A stretch of DNA of 64,000 bases from Planctomycetota bacterium (GTDB taxonomy: Bacteria; Planctomycetota; JAJSAM01; JAJVHW01), in contig JAIOPE010000146.1 in NCBI GenBank assembly GCA_021414065.1, positions 7,807 through 71,806 of the forward strand. The letters are read 5' to 3'. Position 1 is the first letter of the stretch. The number at the start of each line of letters is the position of its first letter. Of this stretch, positions 1-9,416 are shown piece by piece. The notes under the pieces are model-generated. The model searched no databases, was not told the DNA's origin, and saw only the letters and a list, made by a program, of their open reading frames with translations. A program made the position numbers and the translations under genes.

Positions 1-2452
1 GCGGGCGGTCGGCGTGGAACGTGCCGTCCTTGTCCGCGTTGTCGGTCGCCCACTGCGCGATGATCGGTCCGACGATGTCCGACGGACCCGTCGGGTGGCA
101 CACGTTGCAGGAGTTCGTGGGGCCGACGAGCGTCTCGTTCCCGCCGCCGTCCTTCGTCGAGAGCGCGCGGCTCACACGCGGGTTCACGGTCTGGAACGTG
201 TGGACGTGTTCGTCGCCGCCGAGTGTGAACCCGGCCTTGTCGGTCACGTTGACGGCTGTCTTCTCCATCGTCGGCATGTGGCACGTCTCGCAGCGGCCGA
301 CGCCCGTCCCTGCGGGGTCGTAGAGCGCGAGCGACGACACCGGCATCCCGATGTCTTTCATGTGGTCGTTGACCGCCTGCTTCACGGAGTCGGGCGTGGT
401 ACCCGAACCGATTTGCGCGACGTCGGCCAGCGTCAGCGACCCGTAGGGCGCGAAGCCCGCGTGGCAGGAGAGGCAGAGACTGTTGTCGGCCGCGCCCGTC
501 TTCACCGCGACCTTGGCGCCGGTCGCGCCGCGCTGAACGGTCGCACGGATCATGTACTTGGAGTTGCGCACGTGCGGGTCGTGGCAGTCGAAGCAGGTCG
601 GCGAGAAGCCGGCGACCGGACCGTGGTTGCCCTGCGTCAGGTCGAGCGACTGCTGGCGGTGCGACCTCGATGCGATCCACGTGAAGTCGTCATGCTCGGA
701 CACCGACGGATTGGGGTCCGTGTAGAAGAGCTTCGCCGACTGACCCCAGTAGTCGGTGGACGTCTTGGTGATGTCGAAGAAGTTGCGGTGCGTGTCGCCG
801 AACTTGGCGACGCCGTTCGCGGCGGTCCATCCGAACCCGGCCTTCTGGAACGCCGTCTCGGCGACGCCCGGGTAGGCGTCCTTCGCCGTGCCGCGCGTGT
901 GGCAACGGCCGCACACCTCGTTCGCCTTCGCGACGCCGGCGGGCGTACCGTCGATGAACGCGCGCGGGTTCCGGATCTTCGTCTTGTCTCCGAGGCCTTC
1001 AACGTGCTCCTTGCCGGGCCCGTGACACTGCTCGCAGCCGATGTTGAAGTCAACGTGGCCGACCTGGAACTGGCCGCTCGCAGAGACGAGCATCTCGCCG
1101 GTGTTGTGACATCCGGAGCAGCGCGCGTTGAAGCCCTGCGATTGCGGGGGCATCGTGCCGCCGCTCCACTTCGGGGTCGTCGCCGGAGTGCCCGAGTACC
1201 AGTCGCCGGGGTCGTACGTCGCGTAGAGGCCCGTGGAGTCGTTGAACTGCACGGGGGACGGGTACAACTCGGTTCCGATCGCGACGAGGTAGCGCTGCTT
1301 CCACTGGCCGTTGCCGCCCATGACTCGCGCGACGTCGTACCGCACTGAACCGATCGTGATCTTGTACGGGAGGATGTCGCCGGCGACGTGGCTGAGCTTC
1401 GGGGCGTTCGCGCCGTAGGTGGCGAACGCGGGAACCGTCGCAAGGTCGAGTCCGTCACGGAAATCGTCGATGCCGTTCTTGTCCACGTCGTTGACGAACG
1501 CCTTGCCTGTGAGACCGGGGCGGTCCCACGTGCGGGCCGCGAGGTTGTGGAGCGAAGCCGCCCATCCGCGGAAGATCTCGTCGTGGCACCGGCCGCAGGG
1601 GTCGGACCCGACGTAGCCGGGCAGCGCCGCGAGCGCGGGACTGCCCTTGTCCACGATGAAGGGCGACGTTCCCGCGGATGCGGGCAGGGTGTGCGTGGAC
1701 TTCGGGAGCGCCGGGTTCTTGAACGCGAACTTCAGTTGCACGTCCCCGACCGCGCCGTCGTTGCGCCAGACGACCGTGTATCGGCCGTCGGCGGGCAGCG
1801 CGACGTCCTTCGCGGTGGACCCCTTCGCCGTCGTGGCTGCAGCGGTGTAGACCGCGGCGCCATCGGGGCCGAGGATCGACTCGATGACCGGGCGCGCACG
1901 ACTGCGTCCGCGCGGCATCACGGACACGCTGACCGTCGCTCCGCCGACTCCGTGGAATCGGAACTCGTTCGCGCCCTCGGGCGCCGAAGCGACGATCCCG
2001 ACGGCGGACGTCGCGACGCCACCGGACGTCTGGAGCACGTACCCGCCCGTTCCGGACGACGACGCCACCTCGATGGTGAAGTAACCGGAGAACGGCAGCT
2101 TGAACCTGGAGACCGAGGTTCTCGCGCCGCTCGTGCGCAACGCATGGCCGAGCGCGACGGCGTCGCCGCCGGGCCGCGTGAGGCGGAAGGTCGGATGGGC
2201 CCCGGATCCGGCGGCCGGCGCGAGTGAAGCGTTCAGCACCGAGCCCTTCGTCGCGAAGAACGTGTACTGGTGTACCTCCCCCGCCTTGGTGATCGCAGAC
2301 GTCACCCGGTCACCGATGTCCACGTCCCGCGCCCCGTAGAACGGCGCGTCGTCGGCCGCAGACGCGGACTGCGCGGCTCCGGCGACGAGGGCTCCCAAGA
2401 GTGCGAACGCGACCCGGGCGGCGGTGCGTGTCTGGCTCGGCTGGTTCAGCAT
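1..2452 (-). CDS. Secreted multiheme c-type cytochrome (at least 8 CxxCH) with N-terminal beta-sandwich (PPC-like) domains; 3' end beyond the window edge
   Basis: Not in the ORF track because its stop lies outside the window. Manual translation from ATG at 2452 (RBS GGAGGAG) gives a signal peptide (MLNQPSQTRTAARVAFALLGALVAGAAQSASA), about 250 aa of heme-free beta-rich sequence, then YVGSDPCGRCH, CSGCH, CEQCHGPG, CGRCH, CFDCH, CLSCH, CETCH, CNVCH. Confidence 0.88.
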   Translation of the reverse strand, partial: MLNQPSQTRTAARVAFALLGALVAGAAQSASAADDAPFYGARDVDIGDRVTSAITKAGEVHQYTFFATKGSVLNASLAPAAGSGAHPTFRLTRPGGDAVALGHALRTSGARTSVSRFKLPFSGYFTIEVASSSGTGGYVLQTSGGVATSAVGIVASAPEGANEFRFHGVGGATVSVSVMPRGRSRARPVIESILGPDGAAVYTAAATTAKGSTAKDVALPADGRYTVVWRNDGAVGDVQLKFAFKNPALPKSTHTLPASAGTSPFIVDKGSPALAALPGYVGSDPCGRCHDEIFRGWAASLHNLAARTWDRPGLTGKAFVNDVDKNGIDDFRDGLDLATVPAFATYGANAPKLSHVAGDILPYKITIGSVRYDVARVMGGNGQWKQRYLVAIGTELYPSPVQFNDSTGLYATYDPGDWYSGTPATTPKWSGGTMPPQSQGFNARCSGCHNTGEMLVSASGQFQVGHVDFNIGCEQCHGPGKEHVEGLGDKTKIRNPRAFIDGTPAGVAKANEVCGRCHTRGTAKDAYPGVAETAFQKAGFGWTAANGVAKFGDTHRNFFDITKTSTDYWGQSAKLFYTDPNPSVSEHDDFTWIASRSHRQQSLDLTQGNHGPVAGFSPTCFDCHDPHVRNSKYMIRATVQRGATGAKVAVKTGAADNSLCLSCHAGFAPYGSLTLADVAQIGSGTTPDSVKQAVNDHMKDIGMPVSSLALYDPAGTGVGRCETCHMPTMEKTAVNVTDKAGFTLGGDEHVHTFQTVNPRVSRALSTKDGGGNETLVGPTNSCNVCHPTGPSDIVGPIIAQWATDNADKDGTFHADRP

Positions 2453-2701
2453 GCTGTCTCCTCCAGATCGGGCGTCCTGGCGCCCAGGGTCAGTGCCGCG
2501 AGTATCCCCGCCCTGCGATCGGAGGCGCAAATCGAGACCGCCTGCCGGAAGGAAAGCGTCAAGTACGTGACTTCAGTGGCAGGCGCGGCCGTTGGCGGGC
2601 GCGCCGGGACGCCCGTCGGTGCCGGAATCGGACGGGACGCGCATCCAGGCGACGACAGCATGCCGCCAGAGCGCGTCCCGCGTACGAACCCGGTCCCGTC
2701 G

Positions 2702-3355
2702 CTACTTCTTCGGGTGGTCGTGGGTCTTCGACTTGGCCTCTTCGTACTTGAACTCGGCCTTCGTCGGGTTGTCGGCGTTGTGGCACGTCTCGCAGACCTT
2801 CGCCTCGGGCTTCGTCATGCCCATCGGGGCGAGCGTCTCGAGGGTGAACTTGGCGTCCTTGTTCTTCTCGAGCTCCGCTGTCTTGTGCTTCACGTAGAGG
2901 CTGCCCGGGCCGTGGCAGGACTCGCAGCCGACGCCGCCGAGCGCCGCGGCGCGCTTGCCGGCCGCTTCGTCGGCCTTCGGATCGGCGGGGTAGCCGGTCT
3001 CCGTGCCGTAGCCGGTCGTATGGCACTTCAGGCACGTCGCGTCGGACGTGTAGTCCTTCGCGGGGTCGAGTTTCGCGGCGGTCTTCTTGTCGAAGAGCGC
3101 CTTGTCGTCGGCCTCGGCCGTCGGAGCGAGCGACTTCATCGCCTTCGCCATCGACGTCTTCTTCCAGCTCTTGTGCTCCTGGAAGTGGCACTTCTGGCAG
3201 GCCTTGTCGCCGACGTACGTCGGCTTGTCCCCGGCGGAGGACGCGGCGTCCTCTGCGGGAGTCCGCGCTGCGGCGAACGTGACGAGCAGGGCGGCGACCG
3301 CGGTCAGTGCGAATGCACCCGTGAACGTGCCTGCGAACTCTCGGATCTGCTTCAC
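2702..3355 (-). CDS. Tetraheme cytochrome c, c554-like family
   Basis: Signal peptide; YVGDKACQKCH, CLKCHTTGYG, VGCESCHGPGS, CETCHN, the c554/c-prime-family motif pattern. Confidence 0.9.
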   Translation of the reverse strand: MKQIREFAGTFTGAFALTAVAALLVTFAAARTPAEDAASSAGDKPTYVGDKACQKCHFQEHKSWKKTSMAKAMKSLAPTAEADDKALFDKKTAAKLDPAKDYTSDATCLKCHTTGYGTETGYPADPKADEAAGKRAAALGGVGCESCHGPGSLYVKHKTAELEKNKDAKFTLETLAPMGMTKPEAKVCETCHNADNPTKAEFKYEEAKSKTHDHPKK

Positions 3356-3361
3356 TTGAGA

Positions 3362-3400
3362 ACTCCTTCCGTCCGGGCGAAGTGCCCGGACGGAAGGAGT
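3362..3400 (-). promoter_or_regulatory. Perfect 17-bp stem hairpin overlapping the RBS of the c554-like gene
   Basis: ACTCCTTCCGTCCGGGC (3362-3378), 5-nt loop, GCCCGGACGGAAGGAGT (3384-3400). On the minus-strand mRNA the 3' arm contains AAGGAG just upstream of the GTG at 3355. Confidence 0.7.
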
Positions 3401-3436
3401 GTTGCAACGCGAGTGCCGAGTCCGGTCAGAACAACG

Positions 3437-5032
3437 TCAGCGGTGGCACTCGTTGCAGTTCTGGTCGTTCACCGGGTGCTTCATCGTGTCGTGGCAGAGG
3501 AGGCACTCCCAGTCGGGGCGGTGCCCGGAGGGCTTCGCCGGCGCGAGGCGGTGCGAGGGCGTTGCGTCGTGGCACGCGGCGCAGGACTCGCCAGCCGACC
3601 CCGGCTCGATGTGACAGTTCAGGCAGTGCCGAGCGCGGGCGCCGCCCCACGACCCTGTGTGCGACCGCGGCGGGTTCGTGGTGTGGCACTCGACGCAGGC
3701 GTCCTGCTGGTGGCAGGCGGCGCAGCGCTGGCGATCCATCGACGCCGCGAGTCCGTGGCCCGGGCCGGCGCGCCACACGGTCGAGTGGTCGCGGGGCTTC
3801 TCCTCGCGGTGGCACTCGATGCACGTGTTCTCGGTGTGACACATCGAGCACGTCTCGGATCGGCCCTCGGGGGCCCCGCGGCGGACGATCTGACCGTGGC
3901 GAACGTCCCACAGCTTGTCGTGACTCGCGGGCTTCGTGGACGAGTGGCAATCGGAGCAGGACTTCTGCGTGTGGCACATCGCGCACGTCTCGCCGCTTCC
4001 GGTGAACTCGCCCGCCTTCACGATGCCGCCGTGCCGGGTCTGCCACGACGTGTCGTGATTCGCGGGACGCGTCTTCGCGTGGCAGGTGGTGCACGTCTGC
4101 TGCGTGTGGCACATGGCGCAGGACTCACCGCTGCCGGTGAACTTCCCGGCCTTCACGACGGCGCCGTGGCGCCCCTGCCACGCCTTGTCGTGGTTGATGG
4201 CCGGGGTCTTCGCGTGGCAGTCGGCGCAGGTCTGCTCGGTGTGGCACATCGCGCAGTTGTCGGCCGTGCGGGCGGACTTCCCGGCCACGGTCTTCCCGGT
4301 GCGGACGAGCGGACCGTGCAGGCCCTTCCACTTCGGGTCGTGGGTGGACGGTGCGGTCTTCTGGCCGATCGTCTTGTGGCACTGCGCGCAGTCCTTCGGA
4401 CCGTTCTGCTTCTCGTGGCACGAGACGCACCCGGCCATGGTCAGCGCGAGTTCGGGGCCGGTGCGAGTGCTCTCTTCGATGCCGGCGTGGCACTGGCCGC
4501 AGGCGACCTTCTTGTCGCCGTGGGGTTTGTGGCTGAAGTGGACGAACGCGGGCTGCTTCGTGAACTGGCTCCAGCGAGGGTTGCCGCTCGCCGGGTCGAG
4601 GAACGACTTCGCCGTCTTCTCAGGCGGCTTCTTCGCGTCGATCTCCTCGTGGCACTCGATGCACTGATCCATCGTGGGCATGCCCGCGTGTTCCTTCGTC
4701 TCCGCGCCCTCGTGGCAATCGGTGCACGTCGGCCCGCGGGCCACGTGCGCCTTGTGATCGAAGTCGGCCCAGGTGCGCGCGGGCTTCAGCATCACGGCTG
4801 CGACCGCGGCCGGCGCCACGACGACGCCCAGCTTCTGCGGCGCAGGCTTCATCGCTGCGACGTCGAGGACCGCCGGCGCCTTCACGCCTGCCGGCGCTGC
4901 GGCGGCGGGCGCCTTTGCGGATGCTGTGTCGCCCGACGGGAACAGGCGGCTGCAGCCCGACGTCGATACCACGGCGGCCACGGCGGCGAGCGCCGCGAGA
5001 CCGTTCAGCAGGACGATGTGGAGTTTGCGCAT
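3437..5032 (-). CDS. 19-heme c-type cytochrome lipoprotein (cytochrome c3/c7-like N-terminus plus tandem diheme repeats)
   Basis: Start MRKLHIV at 5032; lipobox-like VVSTSG-C; 19 CxxCH counted; 45-aa repeats CxMCHTxxxCxxCH...P..H...W...HG. Confidence 0.9.
   Translation of the reverse strand: MRKLHIVLLNGLAALAAVAAVVSTSGCSRLFPSGDTASAKAPAAAAPAGVKAPAVLDVAAMKPAPQKLGVVVAPAAVAAVMLKPARTWADFDHKAHVARGPTCTDCHEGAETKEHAGMPTMDQCIECHEEIDAKKPPEKTAKSFLDPASGNPRWSQFTKQPAFVHFSHKPHGDKKVACGQCHAGIEESTRTGPELALTMAGCVSCHEKQNGPKDCAQCHKTIGQKTAPSTHDPKWKGLHGPLVRTGKTVAGKSARTADNCAMCHTEQTCADCHAKTPAINHDKAWQGRHGAVVKAGKFTGSGESCAMCHTQQTCTTCHAKTRPANHDTSWQTRHGGIVKAGEFTGSGETCAMCHTQKSCSDCHSSTKPASHDKLWDVRHGQIVRRGAPEGRSETCSMCHTENTCIECHREEKPRDHSTVWRAGPGHGLAASMDRQRCAACHQQDACVECHTTNPPRSHTGSWGGARARHCLNCHIEPGSAGESCAACHDATPSHRLAPAKPSGHRPDWECLLCHDTMKHPVNDQNCNECHR
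3836..4255 (-). repeat. 135-bp (45-aa) intragenic tandem repeat encoding diheme units
   Basis: C(A/S)MCH codons recur at 3836, 3971, 4106 and 4241, an exact 135-bp period. Confidence 0.85.
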
Positions 5033-5036
5033 GGGT

Positions 5037-6566
5037 TCAGAACTCGACCGCGAGGCCCAGTGAGAGCACATGGTCGGTCTCCTTCTCGTCACGTTCCCAG
5101 GAGTAGCGGATGTCCATCGTGAGGTCCTCGGAGAGCTGGGCGTTCACGCGCACGTACGCCGTCCGCAGGTGCGTCCGCTCGCCGCTCTGCAAGCGTCCTT
5201 CGTCGTACAGCGTGTAGTCCGTTCCGACCGAGAGACGCGCCGACCCGCCGAAGCGGTGCGTCAGGTCGCACGTCCACGTGCGGATCGTATCGGAGTCGTT
5301 GCCCTTCCAGACTTCCCCGCCGACGGAGAGCGTCGAGCCCTTCCACGGCAGGTCGTCCACCGACGGCATCAGCCAGAACCGCGTGGTCTCGCGGTTGTAG
5401 GTGCCTTCGTCGTTCGCGTTCACGAGTCGCTTCGCAGCGGCCCCGGCTTCGACCGACCAGTTCCCGCCCATCGCCTCGCCGAGTCCCTTCACGGCCCGGA
5501 TGTCGGCCTGGTGGTAGCGGTAGAGGGTCTTCAGGATCGTCGTGTAGGGGTCGAACTCCGTCGCGAGGTGCTTCTGGTCGTCGAGAAGACGCTTGTAGCC
5601 GACCTGGACGAGCAGGTCCTGGTCGGGGAAGTTCCCGGTGGCGCGGACGAGCGCGTCGCGCGGCCCGTCGAGCCAGGTGAAGCGGCCGTGCAGGTCCACG
5701 TTCGGCGTGAGCGCGTGCCAGACGGACGCCGCCGCCAAGTCGTTGCGCTCGTTCGTGTAGCCCGCGAGGTCGTCCTCGACGTGAGCGTAGTCCAGAGCAG
5801 CGCGACCGCCCTTCCACGGGGCGGCCGTGGCGCGGAGACCGCCGAGCCAGTCGCCGGACGACTGCGCCTCGTAGAAGTGAACGGGCTTGCCCGCGTAGCC
5901 GAGGAGTCGGAGGTTCGTGCCGCGGTCGAGCTGGGACGACGTCGCGGAGACGCCGTCGAACTGGAACGTTTCGGCCGCGTACACGTACTGGCGGCCGATC
6001 TTCGCCGCCTCCACCGGGCCGCACCCGCGGCGCCACGTGACGTACCCGGTGTAGACCTGTGTCGTGAACTCGTTGCCGTACGTGTCGGCGAGCGACGACC
6101 AGCGCGAGCCCGTGCGACCGTCGGGGCGCGAACCGATGTCCCACGCGCTGCGCGCGCTGAACGTCGCGGAGAGCGGGTCCTTCTGTTCGTCGCCGACGCG
6201 CAGATCGAGGTGCGTGTAGAGGTCGAAGTCGTCCGATTCGCGCGCGGGCACGCCGTTCCCGGGAAGGAACCGCGCCTCCCACCGGAACGAGACGCGGCCG
6301 TGCACCGGCGCGCCGACGAGTCCTTCGACCGCGTTGCGCAGGGCGCTCCGCTCGACGCCGGGAGCCTCGGAACGAGGCGTCGGCTCGGACTCCCACGTCG
6401 CGGCCTTCAGCACGTCCTGCGGGGACCAGGTCGGCGTGCCCCCCGTCAACGGTTGCTCGTCGCCGGCCCGGGCCGGAGCCCCGGCGGCGACCATCCCGGC
6501 AAGGACCGCGAGCGCGAGCCCGGTTCGTCCTGCGCGGCTGACTCCATCACGACGACGACGGGTCAT
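5037..6566 (-). CDS. Outer-membrane beta-barrel porin (porin-cytochrome conduit type)
   Basis: Signal peptide ending ARA-G; alternating amphipathic strands; C-terminal ...LSLGLAVEF (BAM signal); RBS GGAGGAGG before ATG 6566; flanked by multiheme genes. Confidence 0.8.
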   Translation of the reverse strand: MTRRRRDGVSRAGRTGLALAVLAGMVAAGAPARAGDEQPLTGGTPTWSPQDVLKAATWESEPTPRSEAPGVERSALRNAVEGLVGAPVHGRVSFRWEARFLPGNGVPARESDDFDLYTHLDLRVGDEQKDPLSATFSARSAWDIGSRPDGRTGSRWSSLADTYGNEFTTQVYTGYVTWRRGCGPVEAAKIGRQYVYAAETFQFDGVSATSSQLDRGTNLRLLGYAGKPVHFYEAQSSGDWLGGLRATAAPWKGGRAALDYAHVEDDLAGYTNERNDLAAASVWHALTPNVDLHGRFTWLDGPRDALVRATGNFPDQDLLVQVGYKRLLDDQKHLATEFDPYTTILKTLYRYHQADIRAVKGLGEAMGGNWSVEAGAAAKRLVNANDEGTYNRETTRFWLMPSVDDLPWKGSTLSVGGEVWKGNDSDTIRTWTCDLTHRFGGSARLSVGTDYTLYDEGRLQSGERTHLRTAYVRVNAQLSEDLTMDIRYSWERDEKETDHVLSLGLAVEF

Positions 6567-6589
6567 TCCTGCCTCCTCCGCGGCGCGCC

Positions 6590-9415
6590 TCACGGCCGCC
6601 CCGACAGCAGTGCGTACGCGATCCCCACGACGAGCGCCAGCCCGACGGCCAGCGCGACGGCTCCGAGCACCTTGACGCCGCGCACCATGTGCGCCGGCGG
6701 CGAAGCAACCAAGTGAGCGTCGAGCGTTCCCGCAGCCTTCATCGCCTCAAGCTCCCGCGGACGCTCGAACTCCAGTTCGTCGATCGCAATGCTCCCTGTG
6801 AAGATCGAGACGTCCATGGGGAAGCGATCCGGCCGGAACTGCGTGTTGAAGAAGTGCGTCGTGAAGATGAACGCGACCGCGAGCAGGGCCTCGTCGCCGT
6901 GGACGATCGACGCCACGTTGAGCGCCCAGCCCGGCAGAATGCGCGTCGATGCCTGCGGGAACCAGAGCATCAGCCCCGACGACCCGATGATCACGATGCC
7001 CCAGAACACGGCGAAGTAGTCGAACTTCTCCCAGTACGTGAACCGGCCGTAGCGAGGCCGCGGACCGCGCCCGAGGAACCACTTCATCGTCTCGACGAAC
7101 TCCACGCCGTCGCGCGCGCTGAACATCATCGAGTCCGGTCCGAAGCAGAGTTGCTTCCACGACCAGCCCCACTCCTTCCGCATCTTCGTGAGATCCCAGA
7201 TGTGGAACGCGAAGAGGCCCAGCAGGAAGACCGCCGCCACGCGGTGCAGCACGCCCATGTGGCCGAACCCGCCGAAGAACGACGAGACCGCCTGAGCCCA
7301 GCCGGCCCAGCCGAACTTCAGCGCCATTCCTGTGAGTGCGAGCGTGAGGAAGCTCACGACCATCACGATGTGCATCGTGCTCTGCGTCGGCGAGAACCGA
7401 CGGTAGACCTTCGTGTGCGGGTCCTTCAGCGTCGCGAGCATCTTCGCGCGGTGCGGGCCCCACTCGCTGCGAGTGGACCAGAGACGCAGGAGCCAGAGCA
7501 CCGTGTGAACGGCCGCGATGGCCATCGTGCCGAGAAGCAGGCCGGTCATCGCGCGGTACGTCCAGTAGAGCCACGGTTCGTCGGAGTCGTTGTGGTCGCC
7601 GTGCGGCATGTACTTCGCGAATCCGGCGTGCGCCCCCTGGTGACACTGGCCGCACGTGGCAACCAGGTTGGCGGGGTTCGTTCGCGACGCAGCGTCCGAC
7701 GACAGGAGCACGTCGTGCGTGCCGTGGCAGTTGAAGCACTTCGCCGCGACTGCGCCGCCGAGTTGCGTCATCTTGCCGTGGAACGTCTCGAAGTACGTCT
7801 CCGACTGCTTTTCGTGGCATTCAGCGCACTGGCCGATCACGCGCATGCGGAAGTCGGCACCACCGGTGCGGCTGATCTTGTGCGCCGTGTGGCAGCTCTC
7901 GCAGGTCGGGAGCGTGCGACCGGGCTCCAGCTTCACGTTGCCGGGCCAGTGGACGCTCTTGCGCAGCTTCTCCTCGACGCCCGCGTGACAGGCTCCGCAG
8001 GTGGCGGCGAGCTTCGCCGGGTTCACGGACGACGTCGGGTCCGTCGGCGGCAACTCGCGGTGCGACGAGTGACAGCTCACGCACGTTGCGCTGACGATCA
8101 GTCCCGCCTTCGTGAGCCCCTCGCCGTGCACGCTGTCGGCGTACGAACCGACGATGTCGGCGACATCTCCCTTGATGCGGATGGCCGCCTTCTCACCTTC
8201 GCGGTGGCACTTGCCGCAGAGCGTCGGCACGTTGCGGGCATACGTCGGCGACGTCGGCTCCTTCTTGCTCTGCGTGGTGTGCTTCGCGTGGCAGTCGAGG
8301 CAGACGGGGGCGTCCTTGTCGTTCTTCGCGTGAAGCTGACCGTGCATGCTCTCGCTGTACGCCTTCGACTGGTCGGCGTGGCAGGCGGCGCAGTCCACCG
8401 GCTTCCCCGGCAGCGTCTCGCAGGCGCGGTTCCTCGACGGATCCACCTTTGAGTGGCACTGCGCGCAGCCGGTCTTCCCGTGCGTGGACTTCGAGTAGGC
8501 CTCGATGTCCACGTAGAGCGAGACCGACTTCCCGTCCTTCGTCATCACGAGGTCGGTCTTCTCGTGGCAGCCGGACTTCATGCAGTCCTTGTTCGCCGCG
8601 AGCGTGGGGTACTCCGGGCGTCGGGTCTTGTGCGGCTGGTGGCAGTCCACGCACACCGGGATCTTGTTCGGCTCGGCCTCCCACAGCTTGCCGTCGATCA
8701 CCTTGCGGTGGACGCGCTCGATCTGCGCGTGGCACTTGAGGCAGGTCTTGACCAGGTTCGCCGGGTTGATGCTCGACTTCGGGTCGGTGTGCGGGCGGAT
8801 CTCGTGGGATGTGTGGCAGGTCGTGCAGACCGCAGTGACGATCAGCCCCTTCTGGAACAGGCCTTCTCCGTGCATTCCGCCCGAGTAGTTCTCGAGGATC
8901 TTGTCCTGCGGAATGTCGTGCGTGCGGGAAACCGGTGATCCCTCGTGGTGGCACTGGCCGCAGAGGATCGGGATGTTCGTGATGTACGTCGCCGCGGTCG
9001 GGTCGGTGTGCCGCTTCACGTCGTGACCCGTGTGGCAGTCGTAGCAGTGCGGCGCCATCGGGTCGCCGGCGGCGAGTTTCACACCGTGGCGACTGGCTGC
9101 GTGCTGCTCCGCCTGCGGGTCGTGGCACTCGCCGCAGTTCACGGGCTCGAGCTTCGCCTTGTGCGGGAACTCGGAGCCGTCGAGGTCCTGGTGGCAGTGA
9201 ATGCACTGGACCTTGCCGCCGTGGACCGACGCGCCGAGCGACTTCATATCCACGAGCGGCGGCTTGCGCCCGCCTTCGATCGCGGGCTTCGCCTCGGGGT
9301 TGCCGTGGCAGCGGAGGCACTCGGCGTCCTCCTGCGCGAACGCGGGAGAGACGGCGGCCGCGACAAGCAACGCCGCGGCCGCGAGAACAGACGACAGAAC
9401 CCGTTGCACTCTCAC
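6590..9415 (-). CDS. CbcL-like inner-membrane protein: 18 CxxCH plus one CX4CH fused to an FdnI/HydC-type diheme cytochrome b
   Basis: GTG start 9415 with GGAGG RBS; signal peptide AFA-Q; 18 CxxCH plus CMKSGCH; C-terminal TM domain with four His (TMHIV, VLHRV, IVHGDEA, TTHFF) and YGRFTYWEKFDY. Confidence 0.88.
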   Translation of the reverse strand: MRVQRVLSSVLAAAALLVAAAVSPAFAQEDAECLRCHGNPEAKPAIEGGRKPPLVDMKSLGASVHGGKVQCIHCHQDLDGSEFPHKAKLEPVNCGECHDPQAEQHAASRHGVKLAAGDPMAPHCYDCHTGHDVKRHTDPTAATYITNIPILCGQCHHEGSPVSRTHDIPQDKILENYSGGMHGEGLFQKGLIVTAVCTTCHTSHEIRPHTDPKSSINPANLVKTCLKCHAQIERVHRKVIDGKLWEAEPNKIPVCVDCHQPHKTRRPEYPTLAANKDCMKSGCHEKTDLVMTKDGKSVSLYVDIEAYSKSTHGKTGCAQCHSKVDPSRNRACETLPGKPVDCAACHADQSKAYSESMHGQLHAKNDKDAPVCLDCHAKHTTQSKKEPTSPTYARNVPTLCGKCHREGEKAAIRIKGDVADIVGSYADSVHGEGLTKAGLIVSATCVSCHSSHRELPPTDPTSSVNPAKLAATCGACHAGVEEKLRKSVHWPGNVKLEPGRTLPTCESCHTAHKISRTGGADFRMRVIGQCAECHEKQSETYFETFHGKMTQLGGAVAAKCFNCHGTHDVLLSSDAASRTNPANLVATCGQCHQGAHAGFAKYMPHGDHNDSDEPWLYWTYRAMTGLLLGTMAIAAVHTVLWLLRLWSTRSEWGPHRAKMLATLKDPHTKVYRRFSPTQSTMHIVMVVSFLTLALTGMALKFGWAGWAQAVSSFFGGFGHMGVLHRVAAVFLLGLFAFHIWDLTKMRKEWGWSWKQLCFGPDSMMFSARDGVEFVETMKWFLGRGPRPRYGRFTYWEKFDYFAVFWGIVIIGSSGLMLWFPQASTRILPGWALNVASIVHGDEALLAVAFIFTTHFFNTQFRPDRFPMDVSIFTGSIAIDELEFERPRELEAMKAAGTLDAHLVASPPAHMVRGVKVLGAVALAVGLALVVGIAYALLSGRP

Positions 9416-9416
9416 G

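Noticed and set aside
14-5122. Long plus-strand ORFs (14-1348, 1388-2227, 2270-5122)
   Set aside because: Antisense shadows of the minus-strand cytochrome genes; Arg/Gly-rich with no motifs, as expected at high GC.
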